Shown here: piece after piece, positions 32,693 through 33,347 of the stretch
How positions within the stretch are numbered: position 1 is the stretch's first letter
Layout: every line of letters starts with the position of its first letter
DNA from: Kiritimatiellia bacterium
Lineage (GTDB): Bacteria > Verrucomicrobiota > Kiritimatiellia > RFP12 > UBA1067
Direction: 5' to 3'
DNA: 33,347 nucleotides
Assembly (NCBI GenBank): GCA_017628165.1
Contig: JAGBZQ010000123.1
Location: 1 to 33,347 of the forward strand
Program-made: the position numbers and the translations under genes
The notes under the pieces: model-generated
The model's database searches: none
What the model was told of the DNA's origin: nothing
Seen by the model: only the letters and a program-made list of their open reading frames with translations

Positions 32693-33347
32693 ATGAAACC
32701 GATAGCGACAGATACTGCAGATTTTCCTTCCTTGAGAAAAAGGGGGTGCATTTATGTTGATAAGACGATGTATATGCATCGACTTATCTCAAGCGTAAAT
32801 GCCAGTCTCTTTTTTGTTTCGCGCCCGCGTCGTTTCGGGAAGTCGCTGACTATTTCAGCGCTTAAAGCTATCTTTCAGGGAAGGCGCGAACTTTTCGAAG
32901 GCCTTGCGATAGATAAGACGGATTGGGCGTGGGAGAAATATCCTGTCATTCACTTTGAGTTCAATGATGTTGATACGACGAATCTTGAAGCTTTAGATGT
33001 CTCATTGGCTTTTCATGTTCAGGATCGCTTGGAAAGGGCAGGTTATTCTTACAACAAATCCATTCCTCCTGCGGCGAACTTTGCTTTGGCAATTGAATCG
33101 CTTTCCGCCGCGAACGGCGGGAAGGGCGTTGTGATTCTCATTGATGAATATGATGCGCCGGTCGGGCATACGCTTGACAATATCGAAGTCGCCGAAGCTG
33201 TGCGCGCGCGTCTTTCAGCTCTTTATTCCCAGATGAAGAACCGTACGGGCGATATCCGCTTTATGCTGATGACGGGGGTTTCGAAGTTTACGAAACTTTC
33301 CGTGTTCTCCGCATTGAATAATATCGTGGATATTTCTCAAGAAGACG
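32693..33347 (+). CDS. AAA-ATPase_like domain protein (PF09820-type), 3' end cut by the window edge
   Basis: It is not in the ORF track because no stop is reached. I translated it by hand: MKPIATDTADFPSLRKRGCIYVDKTMYMHRLISSVNASLFFVSRPRRFGKSLTISALKAIFQGRRELFEGLAID...VVILIDEYDAP...FMLMTGVSKFTKLSVFSALNNI. The YVDKT / SRPRRFGKSL / IDEYD / TGV.K pattern is the hallmark of this family. Confidence 0.7.
   Translation, partial: MKPIATDTADFPSLRKRGCIYVDKTMYMHRLISSVNASLFFVSRPRRFGKSLTISALKAIFQGRRELFEGLAIDKTDWAWEKYPVIHFEFNDVDTTNLEALDVSLAFHVQDRLERAGYSYNKSIPPAANFALAIESLSAANGGKGVVILIDEYDAPVGHTLDNIEVAEAVRARLSALYSQMKNRTGDIRFMLMTGVSKFTKLSVFSALNNIVDISQED

Noticed and set aside
1-33347. CRISPR arrays, IS elements or transposases, prophage genes, toxin-antitoxin pairs and rRNA
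   Set aside because: I scanned both strands and all gaps. There are no regularly spaced direct repeats, no transposase- or integrase-like ORFs other than xerD, and no small two-gene cassettes. Non-coding space is at most ~100 nt per gap, which leaves no room for such elements.

Overview
The window looks like compact chromosomal core DNA of a moderate-GC bacterium. I guess a PVC-type lineage (Lentisphaerota, Kiritimatiellota or Verrucomicrobiota) from the gene content: a V-type ATPase, a PPi-dependent PFK, sigma-54 and a PATR-like repeat protein. That taxonomic call is low confidence. I can support 31 CDS, two of them cut by the window edges, plus one tRNA-Tyr. There are no rRNA genes, CRISPR arrays, transposases or phage genes. 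From nt 3794 to the end every gene is on the + strand, with tiny or overlapping junctions. Most genes are housekeeping: hisC, glgA, rpoN, pyrC, PNP, xerD, valS, ruvA, ribH, pfp, mazG, ispH, argS, rnc, queE, ruvC, folK and an amidase.

The items worth a second look are:
- An uninterrupted in-frame fusion of a complete sigma-54 to a complete Maf nucleotide pyrophosphatase.
- A polytopic membrane protein plus an orphan carrier-protein (ACP-like) pair, wedged between the V-ATPase D-I-K genes and nucleotide metabolism genes.
- A detached V-ATPase D-I-K module whose c-ring subunit keeps the Na+-binding signature.
- Two tandem paralogous lipoproteins of unknown family.
- A recurring extended -10 promoter (TGnTATAAT or TGnTATACT) that sits so close to several start codons that the mRNAs should be leaderless.
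- A ThrH-like gene, an amidase and an AAA-ATPase_like gene downstream of the tRNA-Tyr.

All family calls come from motif recognition by eye. No searches were run.
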